From positions 1 through 50,796 of the IMG/VR virus record IMGVR_UViG_3300023210_000014: DNA of 50,796 bases. One strand, 5' to 3'. Below are positions 33,455 through 43,882 of the stretch, piece after piece (positions within the stretch are counted from its first letter, which is position 1; each line of letters opens with the position of its first letter). A model generated the notes under the pieces. That model was not told the DNA's origin and did not search any database. It worked only from the letters and a program-made list of their open reading frames with translations. This DNA comes from a virus. Lineage: Duplodnaviria; Heunggongvirae; Uroviricota; Caudoviricetes. Both the position numbers and the translations under genes were made by a program.

Positions 33455-33466
33455 GATATTTATAGT
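33455..33466 (+). promoter_or_regulatory. putative late promoter GATATTTATAGT
   Basis: Motif precedes the terminase RBS (AAGGAG). Confidence 0.5.
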
Positions 33467-33482
33467 GAAGGAGTTTAAATCT

Positions 33483-35213
33483 ATGGCAAAACGCAAACAA
33501 AGAATTACCAAACAGGAAATGATGGAAGAGATCGTAAAATGTACGAAATCTGTTTCTTACTATTTGGAAAATTACGGAGAGGTATATAATTCCCAAAAAG
33601 GGTATGTACCTTTTGCCCTCTATGGTTATCAAAAAGACGCACTAGAAGATTTTGAAAATTATCGCTACAACATTACATTGAAATCAAGGCAAACTGGATT
33701 GTCAACCCTCTCAGCAGGATATATTGCTTGGATGGTGTGCTTCTTCCAGGCCAAAGAAATTGTCATTGTAGCTGACAAACAAGAAAATGCTCAAGGTTTT
33801 ATTCGCAAGGTTAAAACCTTTATTGATAGATCTCCAAAATGGATGGTCCCCACCATCGTTTCAAATAACAAGAAAAGCTTACAATTCGGAAATGGTTCAA
33901 GAGTATCTGCCCAAGCAACAACAAAAAATACTGGTAGATCTGAATCACTTTCCTTGTTGGTAATTGATGAAGCTGGGATTATTGATTCTGGTAAGGTTGA
34001 TGAGCTATGGGAAGCAGCTTTTCCCACACTTTCTATGGGTGGGAAGGCAATCATTATTTCAACACCAAAAGGCGTTGGTAATTTTTATCATAGACAATGG
34101 CAATCCGCCATTAATAAAGAATCAGATTTCAATCCAATCACAATTCACTGGACACAAAATCCAATATATGGAAAAGATGTTGAGTGGTTCTGTTCGGATA
34201 AAGAGTGTGGTAAGAAACAAGAACATGATAAAGAATGGGGTAGCAAATGTGAGTACTGTGGTACAACTGTCAAACCAACTTCCCCATGGTATAGAAAAGC
34301 GTGCAAGCAATTAGGTGATCCTAGAAAAGTTGCACAGGAATACGATATGGATTTCCTTGGCTCTGGTGATAATGTGATCTTGAATGAATATATTATTGCT
34401 ATGGAATCAAAACATGTAACTACACCAATGACAATTGGAGGATTCGATAATAATTTCTGGATTTGGGAAGATCCAATCCCAGGAGAAGAATATTTAATAT
34501 CAGCTGATGTCGCTAGAGGAGACGGACAAGATTTTTCCGCTGCTCACGTTATAAAACTTTCCAACCGTGAACAAGTTGCCGAATATAGAGGAAAACTACC
34601 ACCAGATATGTATGCCAATATGCTTATGGGTATAGGTGAGAAGTATAACACTGCCCTTATTGCTGTGGAAGCAAACTCAATTGGGTATGCAACATGTCTG
34701 AAACTTGTTGAAAGCAAATATAAAAATATCTATTATTCTATGAAAGGTCAATTTAATTCTAGAAATAGAAAAAGGATTGAACAAGCTTTCAAGAACAAAG
34801 ATGCAATGGTTCCTGGATTCCAAACTACAACTGCTAGCAGACCTTTACTTATGTCTCAACTTGAAGAGGAAGTTCGAACAATGAGTGTTATCATTCATTC
34901 AGTCCGAACAACTCAGGAGCTCAGAACCTTAATTTGGAAAAATGGACGTCCAGAGGCAACGGCAGGATATCATGATGATCTCAGTATGGCGCTGGGAATT
35001 GGAATGTTGATTATTGCAACAACGCTAAAAGAAATTGCAGCATCAAAACAAATATTACATGAAACACTAAAAGGTATTTCAAGTAATTATAATGATGCAG
35101 AGGAAAGTATCGCACAACTTAATTTATCCAATAAAAAGAATAACGATTCAAATCCTTGGGTCATGACTGATATGCAAGGGAATGAAGAAGATATCTCTTG
35201 GCTAATAAAATAA
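33483..35213 (+). CDS. gp17: large terminase subunit
   Basis: LKSRQTGLST Walker A, LVIDEAG Walker B, IISTPKG, AQEYDMDF, ADVARGDGQDFSA, HDDLSMA. Confidence 0.95.
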   Translation: MAKRKQRITKQEMMEEIVKCTKSVSYYLENYGEVYNSQKGYVPFALYGYQKDALEDFENYRYNITLKSRQTGLSTLSAGYIAWMVCFFQAKEIVIVADKQENAQGFIRKVKTFIDRSPKWMVPTIVSNNKKSLQFGNGSRVSAQATTKNTGRSESLSLLVIDEAGIIDSGKVDELWEAAFPTLSMGGKAIIISTPKGVGNFYHRQWQSAINKESDFNPITIHWTQNPIYGKDVEWFCSDKECGKKQEHDKEWGSKCEYCGTTVKPTSPWYRKACKQLGDPRKVAQEYDMDFLGSGDNVILNEYIIAMESKHVTTPMTIGGFDNNFWIWEDPIPGEEYLISADVARGDGQDFSAAHVIKLSNREQVAEYRGKLPPDMYANMLMGIGEKYNTALIAVEANSIGYATCLKLVESKYKNIYYSMKGQFNSRNRKRIEQAFKNKDAMVPGFQTTTASRPLLMSQLEEEVRTMSVIIHSVRTTQELRTLIWKNGRPEATAGYHDDLSMALGIGMLIIATTLKEIAASKQILHETLKGISSNYNDAEESIAQLNLSNKKNNDSNPWVMTDMQGNEEDISWLIK

Positions 35214-35225
35214 AAAGGAATTAGA

Positions 35226-37013
35226 ATGGCAAGAACTACTGGACTGTTATCCAACAGCCAAAGAGCAAAAGAAATTTTCGATCCGGGTTCAGAGAAACTA
35301 GGGGATCAGAGTGTTGACCTTCCGGGAAAACTAACTACTTTTTTCAAGCGTGGATTAGGTCGGAAATATATTACTGATCCAACTAAACTTGATGCTCCAA
35401 CAAAGAAGAAACATACAGCATATCTACAAGGTCAATTTGAAAAGGTAGCATACGACAAATATGTTAAGGCTTTGATGATTGACATTGATCGTAAGAAGTC
35501 ATTCTCTGATTTTTCCAATATGGAATACACACCTGAAATTTCTTCAGCATTGGATATTTTTGCAGATGAGTGTACAGTTAAGGATGGGGAAGAACAAATC
35601 CTGTCTATAACAACTGACAATCCAAAGATTAAAATGGTCTTGGAAAATCTCTTCAACGATATTCTAGATGTTGATCACAATCTATGGCATTGGATTCGTT
35701 CAATGTGTAAATATGGAGATCACTTTGGAGTACTGGATATTCAAGAGGGCAAGGGAATCACAGGAATCCTCGATCTTCCCGTTGATGAAATTAGACGTGA
35801 GGAAGCTTACGATGGAGTTAATTCAGTCAAGTATACTTGGGACCAATATGATACACAATTTGCTGCGTGGCAAGTTGCTCACTTTCGTTTAACCAGTAAT
35901 CAAAAAAGATTGCCTTATGGAACTTCTTCCCTAGAGTCAGCAAGACTGATTTGGAAACAACTTTCATTGGCAGAAGATGCAATGAATATTTACCGTATTG
36001 CACGAGCACCAGAACGTAGAGTATTTTACGTTGATGTTGGAAATATTGATCCTGCTGATGTTGGTGAGTATATCCAGAACATCAAAAACGCTATTAAACG
36101 TAGTCCTCAAATGGACCAAGGTAATGGCAATATGGAATACAGATATAATGCCATGGCGATTGACGAAGATATTTTCATTCCAAGACGTAACGAAAAGAAC
36201 TCAGAAGTTGACACATTGGCCGGGGCATCAAATCTTGATGACATTGCAGATATTGAATATATGCAAAAGAAACTCTTTGCTGCATTGAAGGTTCCAAAAG
36301 CATTCCTTACCTATGATGAAGACATCGATGCTCAATCAGGTTTAGCAAATCAAGATGCTCGCTTCGCGCGGACGATCAATAGAATACAACAGGCTGCAAT
36401 AGTTACACTTACCCAAATGGCAGTGATTCATTTATTCTCATTAGGTATGCGTGACAAAGATCAACTAATGGGATTCAATTTGGAACTCACAAATCCATCC
36501 ACAAAAAATGAATTGGAAAAGATTGAAATCCTATCAGAAAAGGCTTCAGTGTTTAATGACCTATGGGATGAATCATCTCTGTCGCCAATCTCATGGACTT
36601 GGGGTATGAAAAACATCTTTGGATTTACTGAAGGTGAAATGAAATTAATATTACGTCAACAATTCCTTGAAGGAAAAATGAAATTGGATATTGAAACAGC
36701 CAGTACCGCAGAAGAACCTGCAATGGATGCTGAAGGTGGAATGGATGTTGGTGGATTTGAGACTCCAGACGGACAAGAACTACCGGAAACACCACCAGAA
36801 GGATATGAATATCAGGACGCTGAACCAGGTTCAGTTGAAGAACAATTGATCGATTCATACAAGAAAATAAAACCATTAATTACCGAAACAAGAATAACTG
36901 AAAATCAGATGCTGATTCGAGATCGATTTAATCCTGGTAATCCAATAAATTACTTAGATAAATTCGCTATCGCATTAAAAGAAGGCATCAAATTGAACTT
37001 AAAGAAAAAGTAG
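35226..37013 (+). CDS. gp20: portal protein
   Basis: PEISSALDIFADE, YGTSSLE, EDAMNIYRIARAPERRVFYVDVGN, DIEYMQKKLFAALKVP. Confidence 0.95.
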   Translation: MARTTGLLSNSQRAKEIFDPGSEKLGDQSVDLPGKLTTFFKRGLGRKYITDPTKLDAPTKKKHTAYLQGQFEKVAYDKYVKALMIDIDRKKSFSDFSNMEYTPEISSALDIFADECTVKDGEEQILSITTDNPKIKMVLENLFNDILDVDHNLWHWIRSMCKYGDHFGVLDIQEGKGITGILDLPVDEIRREEAYDGVNSVKYTWDQYDTQFAAWQVAHFRLTSNQKRLPYGTSSLESARLIWKQLSLAEDAMNIYRIARAPERRVFYVDVGNIDPADVGEYIQNIKNAIKRSPQMDQGNGNMEYRYNAMAIDEDIFIPRRNEKNSEVDTLAGASNLDDIADIEYMQKKLFAALKVPKAFLTYDEDIDAQSGLANQDARFARTINRIQQAAIVTLTQMAVIHLFSLGMRDKDQLMGFNLELTNPSTKNELEKIEILSEKASVFNDLWDESSLSPISWTWGMKNIFGFTEGEMKLILRQQFLEGKMKLDIETASTAEEPAMDAEGGMDVGGFETPDGQELPETPPEGYEYQDAEPGSVEEQLIDSYKKIKPLITETRITENQMLIRDRFNPGNPINYLDKFAIALKEGIKLNLKKK

Positions 37014-37062
37014 TTAATATTTTATTATATAGGGATTTATCAATACTAAGGAGACGAATCTA

Positions 37063-37854
37063 GTGAATTTTGGAACAATACTAAACGCGATGACAAAACA
37101 TTGTGTCAAACTGGTGATGGAAGGTGCGGAGAGTAATTCGAAAACTCTTGCCAAGGACTTTACCAGATACATTCAAATTAAGGATGTACTGAATACTCAA
37201 TTTAAGGTGTATCATAGTCTGAACACTTCTTATGTGAAGAATTCAGAAGATGCAAGATTGTTTGTTTCTGAAACAATCAACACATTGAAACCATATTCTT
37301 TTTCTGATATTAAGGGCTACAATGCGTTATTAGAAACTAGGTTCCATCCACCTAAAATGAAATCGACCGAACTGAACACTCACATTGGGAATTTAATACG
37401 TTTTGCCACGTCAGATTCATCCAATGTGAGTTCTTATGTTGAATCATTGGCTTTTGTAACTGAACATGTGAAGGAAATAAAAGAACCGGTTAATCAATTA
37501 AGAGAAGTAGATAATAAACTTGCAAATAGTTCTTTGAAATTTTTAGAACCAAAACACGTTGTACGTATTGCGGTTAAGAGTTTCAATAACGAGTTTAAAA
37601 CTATGTCAGAAGGTGACAGAAACATCTTCAATATTTTACGATCAAAAAACGAAAAAGAAATTCAAACATTATTCGAGTCACAATTAGCTGAATTGGATAA
37701 TTTATTGGATAATATGACTTTTATGGATCATATTGGTGAAGATTTATCCAATAAAATAAATGAAAGCATGAAAATTCTTAGAAATGAATGCTCTCAGAAA
37801 AATATTCTAAATGGATATGAGCTATTAGACGAACTAAAGGAATTGAATAAATGA
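37063..37854 (+). CDS. helical hypothetical head-module protein
   Basis: AAGGAG RBS, GTG start; located between portal and protease. Confidence 0.7.
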   Translation: MNFGTILNAMTKHCVKLVMEGAESNSKTLAKDFTRYIQIKDVLNTQFKVYHSLNTSYVKNSEDARLFVSETINTLKPYSFSDIKGYNALLETRFHPPKMKSTELNTHIGNLIRFATSDSSNVSSYVESLAFVTEHVKEIKEPVNQLREVDNKLANSSLKFLEPKHVVRIAVKSFNNEFKTMSEGDRNIFNILRSKNEKEIQTLFESQLAELDNLLDNMTFMDHIGEDLSNKINESMKILRNECSQKNILNGYELLDELKELNK

Positions 37855-38810
37855 AAAGATCTGAACTAAAAACCTTAATCAAAGAAATGATTTTGGAAAC
37901 CAATATCATCCAGGAACAACGCGATGAAATGATGCTTCAAGAAGGATTCAAAGAAATCTTCAAGAAGGTTAAGGACAAGCTGATGGATATTCCTGGATTG
38001 AGTAACAAAAAAGAAGTTGATGCTGCTAACAAGAAGAAATACACTGCTCTTATTGCCGAACTAGAGAAATTTGTTGCAGACAATGCTTTTAAAAAGTATG
38101 CAAAAGATCGTGCAATGGTTGCTAAAAATGTTAAGGTGATTAAAGCAAATGTAAAAAAAGAAGATTGGGCATTAGTTTCAAAGAATCTTAATTGGTTCAA
38201 AAAATACTTTGCAAAGCTTCCAGATATGAAGAAATATCAAACTGAAGGTGTTATTGTTGAAGGCGACTTTGGACCTGGTACAACAAAGAATCTTACTTTG
38301 AAAAGCAAAGCATGGAAAGCTTCAGTTGGTGCAATTGAAAACAAGAAGCGTCCAGAGTCTCTTTATATTACATTCTCAACATGGGTAAAACCAAAGATGA
38401 GTGTTATGAAAGCAAAGGCAAGTGCAACTAGTGACCCTGAAATTCTTGCTGTTAAAACTATGGCAGAGTTCAAATCGAGTCTGAATAGAATCAATCGTCA
38501 ACTTTCTTCAATGTTTGATGATTCGATGTTTGATGCTTCCAGCATTATATTCACTTATGATTTTGCTGAAGGTCAGGCTAAACCAGGTAAACGTCAATTT
38601 GTTGAATTTGAGATCAACATCGATACTGTAAATGAAATTGACTACGATGGTAATGCTGTACCAAATAAGAAAACAGGAAAATATGAGGAAATTCCATTTA
38701 CTGATTTTGTTAAACCAGTTGAAGCAACCCTCAATAAGATTTTAAAATTGGAAGTATTCAGCGAGAAAAAGAATATCGTTGACTTCGCAAAAGTAAAGGG
38801 TGCCAAATAA
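37851..38810 (+). CDS. putative internal head protein with MKRSELK leader
   Basis: Shared leader, Lys-rich, several [ILV]xE sites. Confidence 0.7.
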   Translation: MKRSELKTLIKEMILETNIIQEQRDEMMLQEGFKEIFKKVKDKLMDIPGLSNKKEVDAANKKKYTALIAELEKFVADNAFKKYAKDRAMVAKNVKVIKANVKKEDWALVSKNLNWFKKYFAKLPDMKKYQTEGVIVEGDFGPGTTKNLTLKSKAWKASVGAIENKKRPESLYITFSTWVKPKMSVMKAKASATSDPEILAVKTMAEFKSSLNRINRQLSSMFDDSMFDASSIIFTYDFAEGQAKPGKRQFVEFEINIDTVNEIDYDGNAVPNKKTGKYEEIPFTDFVKPVEATLNKILKLEVFSEKKNIVDFAKVKGAK

Positions 38811-39055
38811 TGAAAAAATCTGAACTGAAAGCACTTATTATGGAGTGTATATTAGAAGAAGGAAAAGAATTTAGCGACTCAGTTGAAGCAACTGAATTCA
38901 TCGAAGAGCTAGAATACAAATTGGCATCTAAACAATTGGCCTCATATTTAAGAGAGACAGATTCAAATTTTGGATCCAAAACTATTGCTCGTCTACGCGA
39001 TGTTAATAAAGCAATGGATAAATTCATAGAAGAATTCTACCAAGCAGGCATGTAA
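38810..39055 (+). CDS. putative internal head protein with MKKSELK leader
   Basis: MKKSELKALIMECILEEG. Confidence 0.7.
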   Translation: MKKSELKALIMECILEEGKEFSDSVEATEFIEELEYKLASKQLASYLRETDSNFGSKTIARLRDVNKAMDKFIEEFYQAGM

Positions 39056-39268
39056 ATGAAGAAATCAGAATTGAAAACGTTGATCAAAGAATGCATGCTT
39101 GAAGAAGGTATGCGCCAAGGAGCAAAAGATTTTTATGATACAGTTGATATTGCCAAAGGTGAAAATGATACACTCATAAAATACCTTGAAGATAATCCAA
39201 AGGTCGACACTGCTTTGAGTAAACATGCACTTGCAATACAAAAGATAATGAAAAAGGCAGGGGTTTAA
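39056..39268 (+). CDS. putative internal head protein with MKKSELK leader
   Basis: MKKSELKTLIKECMLEEG. Confidence 0.7.
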   Translation: MKKSELKTLIKECMLEEGMRQGAKDFYDTVDIAKGENDTLIKYLEDNPKVDTALSKHALAIQKIMKKAGV

Positions 39269-39861
39269 TGAGTAAACGTTTAGTAATTTCCGAATATTAT
39301 GTTATGGATATTGATCCTAAGATTTTAGAGGAAGCAGCTACCGAGCCAAATAAACCATTACTACTACAGGATAAACTTCTGCAAAAGGCAAACACTCAAA
39401 ATGCTAATGGAAGAATTTATCCAAAAAAGGTATTAAACCGCGAGACCAACAAATATGCCGAGAAGGTTAAATTACGTATGGCAATGGGTGAATTAGATCA
39501 TCCAGATTCTCCAATTGTAGAGTTAAAAAATGTTTCACATTTGATAACTGATATTTATATGGAAGGTGACGAGGTTCGAGGTAATTTAGAAATCCTAAAT
39601 ACTCCACCTGGACAAATTTTAAAAAGTTTAATCCAACAAGGCGTCAAAATAGGGGTTAGTTCCAGAGGAATTGGTTCCTTACAAAATGAAGGTGGAAAAA
39701 ATATCGTACAAGACGATTTCGAATTGATCGCATTTGATGCAGTCTCTTCGCCATCAACACCTGGTGCATTCTTAGTTGAAAACATGCAGGCAAACATAGA
39801 CCAACACAATAATCTACGAAATATCGTCCATGGAATACTTGGCGATTCGTATTTTAAATAA
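39268..39861 (+). CDS. gp21: prohead core protease
   Basis: NANGRIYP, GELDHP, NVSH, GVSSRGIGS, DAVSSPSTPGA. Confidence 0.95.
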   Translation: MSKRLVISEYYVMDIDPKILEEAATEPNKPLLLQDKLLQKANTQNANGRIYPKKVLNRETNKYAEKVKLRMAMGELDHPDSPIVELKNVSHLITDIYMEGDEVRGNLEILNTPPGQILKSLIQQGVKIGVSSRGIGSLQNEGGKNIVQDDFELIAFDAVSSPSTPGAFLVENMQANIDQHNNLRNIVHGILGDSYFK

Positions 39862-39872
39862 GGAGAGGCTCA

Positions 39873-41132
39873 ATGAGCAAAAAGAATATAATTGAAAACG
39901 CCTTAATCAGTGCTGAAGAGCTTGAAGAAGCAGCAATGGATAATGCAAAGGAAGTAATGCTTGAGGCATTCTCCCCTGAATTTACTAGCTTTTTCAAAAG
40001 TATCTTATCTGAAGGGGAAGAAGTTTCAGATGACGAAGACGAATTTGAAGTTGATGAAATTCCAGATGGAGAGTTAGAAGAAGGCAGTGAACATGATTCA
40101 GGTAAAGATCCTGATGCTGGTCGCGATTCAACTGACCCATCTGAAGAAGCTCAAAATGAGGGCGATGATTTTGAATTTGGTGACGATGATGAAAAAGAAG
40201 AAATTGATGAACAAGAAGACGATGGTCTTCCTGGAAATCAAGAGAAGATTGATATTGATGATGACGGTGATGTTGATGCAAAAGATCTTGCTGCATTACG
40301 TGCCGGTAAAAAAGATGACGATGTAGTTAATGAAGAATTCCCTCCTAAGAAGGACGACGAAGAAGAATCTTCAGATGAACCTGCACCGGAGAAAAAGGAA
40401 GCACCTGCACCTGAAAAGGAAGAAGCTCCAGAAGAAAAATCCGAGGAACCTGCTCCAGAATCTTCAGACGAAGAAGATGAAGGTGATGAAGAAATGGAAG
40501 TTCCAGAAGAATTGTTCGACGACGAAGAAGATGAAGCAGAAGAATCTTCAGAAGACGGCGAAGATGATATAAAACTCAGTGACGATTTAGACGAGGACGA
40601 TGAAGAACTCGATTTTGATATCCAGGATGATTCAGATGAATCAGAAGTTACTGACACAGATGAGTTTGATGTTGAAGGTGAAGATGATGAGATCGAAGAA
40701 GGTCTCTATATTCGCAAAGAAGGCGAATTTACAAAGATTACTCCTGCTGAGTATTTGAACATCAGAAAATCCGAACTCGAAGAAGAGAATGCTAAATTGG
40801 GTGTAGCAATTAGTGCACTTGAAGGACAACTGTCTGAAAGCAACCTCTTTAATGCAAAATTAGCTAATGTGAATAAACTCTTTGAAAGCGGAATTGCTAC
40901 AAAGAATCAAAAAGCTACTTTTGTCCAAAAGATCGATGAATGTGATTCAATCGACGAAACTAATACTTTGTATGAATCAACAATGAAGGATATGAAAGCA
41001 GATTATAATCCGCTGGATAGCTTCAATGAACTTCTTGCAGAGACTAGAAACAAAAAAGCACCAGAAAATATCTTCGAATCTGACGAAATGATCAGAATGA
41101 AGCGTATGGCTGGTATTGATACTAAATCTTAA
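39873..41132 (+). CDS. gp22: prohead core/scaffolding protein
   Basis: Highly acidic, coiled-coil NLFNAKL..VNKLF, RMKRMAGI C-terminus; between protease and capsid genes. Confidence 0.8.
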   Translation: MSKKNIIENALISAEELEEAAMDNAKEVMLEAFSPEFTSFFKSILSEGEEVSDDEDEFEVDEIPDGELEEGSEHDSGKDPDAGRDSTDPSEEAQNEGDDFEFGDDDEKEEIDEQEDDGLPGNQEKIDIDDDGDVDAKDLAALRAGKKDDDVVNEEFPPKKDDEEESSDEPAPEKKEAPAPEKEEAPEEKSEEPAPESSDEEDEGDEEMEVPEELFDDEEDEAEESSEDGEDDIKLSDDLDEDDEELDFDIQDDSDESEVTDTDEFDVEGEDDEIEEGLYIRKEGEFTKITPAEYLNIRKSELEEENAKLGVAISALEGQLSESNLFNAKLANVNKLFESGIATKNQKATFVQKIDECDSIDETNTLYESTMKDMKADYNPLDSFNELLAETRNKKAPENIFESDEMIRMKRMAGIDTKS

Positions 41133-41142
41133 GGAGATTTAA

Positions 41143-42663
41143 ATGAGTGAACTATTGAAAAGTGGCCAAGTTGGAAATATCCAAATTAAGCAACTTCAAG
41201 AACAACGCGAAACAGTGATTAGTCGCTGGGAGCAAACTGGACTGCTTGAAGGTCTGTCCGGTTCAAGAAAGAGCACAATTGCTCAACTGATGGAAAATGA
41301 AGCAGGATATCTGCTTTCTGAAGCTCATAATGATATGGGTAACATTGCTGGATTTGATATTGCAGCATTCCCAATGGTACGTAGAGTATTCTCTCGCCTG
41401 TTGGCAAACGACCTTGTTAGCGTTCAGCCTCTGAACCTGCCTTCCGGTCTGCTGTTCTATATGGATCACGAAGTTGGTTCAGCTGACAATCGTCAAAATG
41501 GTTCAATGGCTAACGTATATGATGCTCACTATGATAATGGTGGATTTGATTATTCTCGCGGTCCAAAAAGTACAGTTACTGGAGTTACTTCAACCGCAAC
41601 AACTGGTGCGACTGAAATTACTCTTGCTGGTAACGCTACCACTGATCAAGGTATTTCAGTTGAAGCTTTGTCTTCACTGCAAGTTGTTGTTATTGGTGGA
41701 ACTGCTGGATGCATTGGTCAATACGTTGATTATGCCATTAGCAAACAAAATTGGACTGGCGACATGTTTGCTGCAAACACTATCGCCCTGACTGTACCCG
41801 GAGAAACTGTTGATGGAGTATCCTTTGGTACTGGTGTAACCTTGGCTATTAGCTATGGTGTGTACACGACTCTTGAAGAATCATCCCATATGGCCGAAGT
41901 TAAATTGACAGTTACTAGCACAACCGTGCACGTGACTTCAAGAAAAATGAAAGCTCACTGGACTCCAGAACTGGCTCAGGATCTTGCTGCATATCACAGT
42001 GTTGATGCTGAAGCAGAACTGACAGGACTGCTTTCTGAGGAACTGGCACTTGAAATTGACCGTGAAATTATTCGCGATCTTATTAATGGCGCTGCATTCC
42101 ACGACACTTGGGTATATAACCGTGCACAAACTGGTGTAACTCGCGTTGATGGAAGTGTAATTACTCCTGATCCTGCAAGTGGCTATGTTACGCAAAAAGA
42201 ATGGAACCAAACTCTTATCACTAAAATCAACAAGGTTTCAGCAGCTATCCATAAAGCAACACTTCGCGGTGGAGCTAACTGGATTGTTTGCTCAACTGAA
42301 ATTGGTTCAGTGCTTGAGGATATGGAAAAATTCCACGCTGTCAACGAAGTTGATGCGGAACAATTCAATATGGGTATTGAGCAAATTGGATCACTTGGTT
42401 CACGTTACACCGTGTACAAAGATCCTTACCTGCCTCAAGGCGTATTGCTGATGGGTCACAAGGGAACTTCATTTATGGATACAGGCTATGTCTACGCTCC
42501 ATATATTCCTTTCCAACTGACTCCAGTTGTATTGCACCCTGATAACTTCACACCAAGAAAAGGTATCATGACACGTTACGCTAAGAAATTAGTGAATAAC
42601 CGTTATTACGGTCGTGTTAATGTTGTCTTCCCTAGTGATTATGATGTAATCGGCGCAGTCTAA
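41143..42663 (+). CDS. gp23: major capsid protein
   Basis: FPMVRRVF, VSVQPLNLPSGLLFY, RKMKAHWTPELAQDL..YHSVDAEAEL, EIDREII, GYVYAPY, GIMTRYA. Confidence 0.97.
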   Translation: MSELLKSGQVGNIQIKQLQEQRETVISRWEQTGLLEGLSGSRKSTIAQLMENEAGYLLSEAHNDMGNIAGFDIAAFPMVRRVFSRLLANDLVSVQPLNLPSGLLFYMDHEVGSADNRQNGSMANVYDAHYDNGGFDYSRGPKSTVTGVTSTATTGATEITLAGNATTDQGISVEALSSLQVVVIGGTAGCIGQYVDYAISKQNWTGDMFAANTIALTVPGETVDGVSFGTGVTLAISYGVYTTLEESSHMAEVKLTVTSTTVHVTSRKMKAHWTPELAQDLAAYHSVDAEAELTGLLSEELALEIDREIIRDLINGAAFHDTWVYNRAQTGVTRVDGSVITPDPASGYVTQKEWNQTLITKINKVSAAIHKATLRGGANWIVCSTEIGSVLEDMEKFHAVNEVDAEQFNMGIEQIGSLGSRYTVYKDPYLPQGVLLMGHKGTSFMDTGYVYAPYIPFQLTPVVLHPDNFTPRKGIMTRYAKKLVNNRYYGRVNVVFPSDYDVIGAV

Positions 42664-42690
42664 ACTAAGAAATTAGTTTGATAAAAATTA

Positions 42691-42714
42691 GGGGAGCTTC
42701 GGCTCCCCTTTTTT
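42691..42714 (+). terminator. intrinsic terminator after capsid gene
   Basis: GGGGAGC-TTCG-GCTCCCC plus T6. Confidence 0.9.
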
Positions 42715-42730
42715 GATATTTATCTATACA
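42715..42730 (+). promoter_or_regulatory. putative late promoter GATATTTATCTATACA
   Basis: Immediately after terminator and before neck gene; identical to 10939-10954. Confidence 0.6.
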
Positions 42731-42750
42731 GCAAAAGATTGGAGGCCACA

Positions 42751-43860
42751 ATGGCCCAGTATACTATAAATGACAGTGAAGTTATTTCTATCAAAGATTA
42801 TGTTGATGCAATGTTTGGTGCACCTGTTGTAAGTGTAGAACTACACGACAATCATTACGTACATGCATTTAACTCGTCTATTGAAGAATATAGCAATTAC
42901 ATTAACCAATGGGCAGTAAAATCCCATATTGCAAACGCATTAGGTTTACCATCATCTCAAGATTTTACACTGAGATGGGTATCACAAAACTTTGAATTTG
43001 CAAAATCATTCTCCAAAGCATACTCTGAACAAGTAAATGTTGGTGGACAAGTACCAGTACGTAAAGATTATATTGATCTCGTAACTGGAAAACAAAATTA
43101 TTATTTACCAGACAATATTGAAATCATTGATGTAATGTGGCAAGAACCCGCATCAATTAATCGTTACCTTATGGATCCAAACACAAATCCTACATGGGTA
43201 AATCAAGAGTTTGGTTGGGGATATCATGTCGGGGACAATTATATGTCCCTTCAATATGTAGCCCCAGTGTCATTTACTATTCAATTAGCAAATGCAAACG
43301 AAGTTCGATTTAGAACTTTACGAGGAGATTATTCATATTCAGTTCGTCCCGCTGCAGCTGACCCAACACGTTCAGCTCCTGATTATGTAGGACAAACAGA
43401 AAACAACGTTACAATATACCCTCCACCCGGACCAGAACATCAAGGAACAAAAGTTTGGTATTTCTATAAACTCAAAGACGATTTGAATGCTTATGCAAAT
43501 CAAGAAACAGGTGACTTGGTTTCAAACCCAGGCACAATGAGAATAGATGAAATACCATATGACGAATTTAATTCAATCTCACAACGATGGATTAAGCAAT
43601 ATTCTCTTGCAACATGTAAAGAGATTTTAGGTCGAATCAGATCTAAATTTAGTGAACTACCAATTCCAGATGCAACCGTAACTTTAGACGGTGAATCTCT
43701 AATTGATGAAGCTCACACAAAACAAGAACAATTGAAGGAACAACTTCTACTTGATCTAGAGGAAATGGATATCGGGAAATTAATTGAGGCGGATGCAGAA
43801 GCAGCCGAGAATATTAATCGATCATTAAGTTTTACTCCAGGTGGAATTTATTTCTTATAA
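42751..43860 (+). CDS. gp13: neck protein (gp13-like)
   Basis: FGAPVVSVEL, WIKQYSLATCKEILGRIRSKF..LP.P..VTLDG. Confidence 0.85.
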   Translation: MAQYTINDSEVISIKDYVDAMFGAPVVSVELHDNHYVHAFNSSIEEYSNYINQWAVKSHIANALGLPSSQDFTLRWVSQNFEFAKSFSKAYSEQVNVGGQVPVRKDYIDLVTGKQNYYLPDNIEIIDVMWQEPASINRYLMDPNTNPTWVNQEFGWGYHVGDNYMSLQYVAPVSFTIQLANANEVRFRTLRGDYSYSVRPAAADPTRSAPDYVGQTENNVTIYPPPGPEHQGTKVWYFYKLKDDLNAYANQETGDLVSNPGTMRIDEIPYDEFNSISQRWIKQYSLATCKEILGRIRSKFSELPIPDATVTLDGESLIDEAHTKQEQLKEQLLLDLEEMDIGKLIEADAEAAENINRSLSFTPGGIYFL

Positions 43861-43882
43861 GTTATTTTGAAAGGATAATAAA

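Noticed and set aside
33483-37013. Intein or group I intron in terminase/portal
   Set aside because: Lengths are normal, there are no intein splicing motifs, and the frames are uninterrupted; the Cys insertion is only ~25 aa
40238-40657. Ser-rich minus-strand ORF and other antisense ORFs
   Set aside because: Shadows of acidic or biased + strand genes; no RBS and no minus-strand promoters seen
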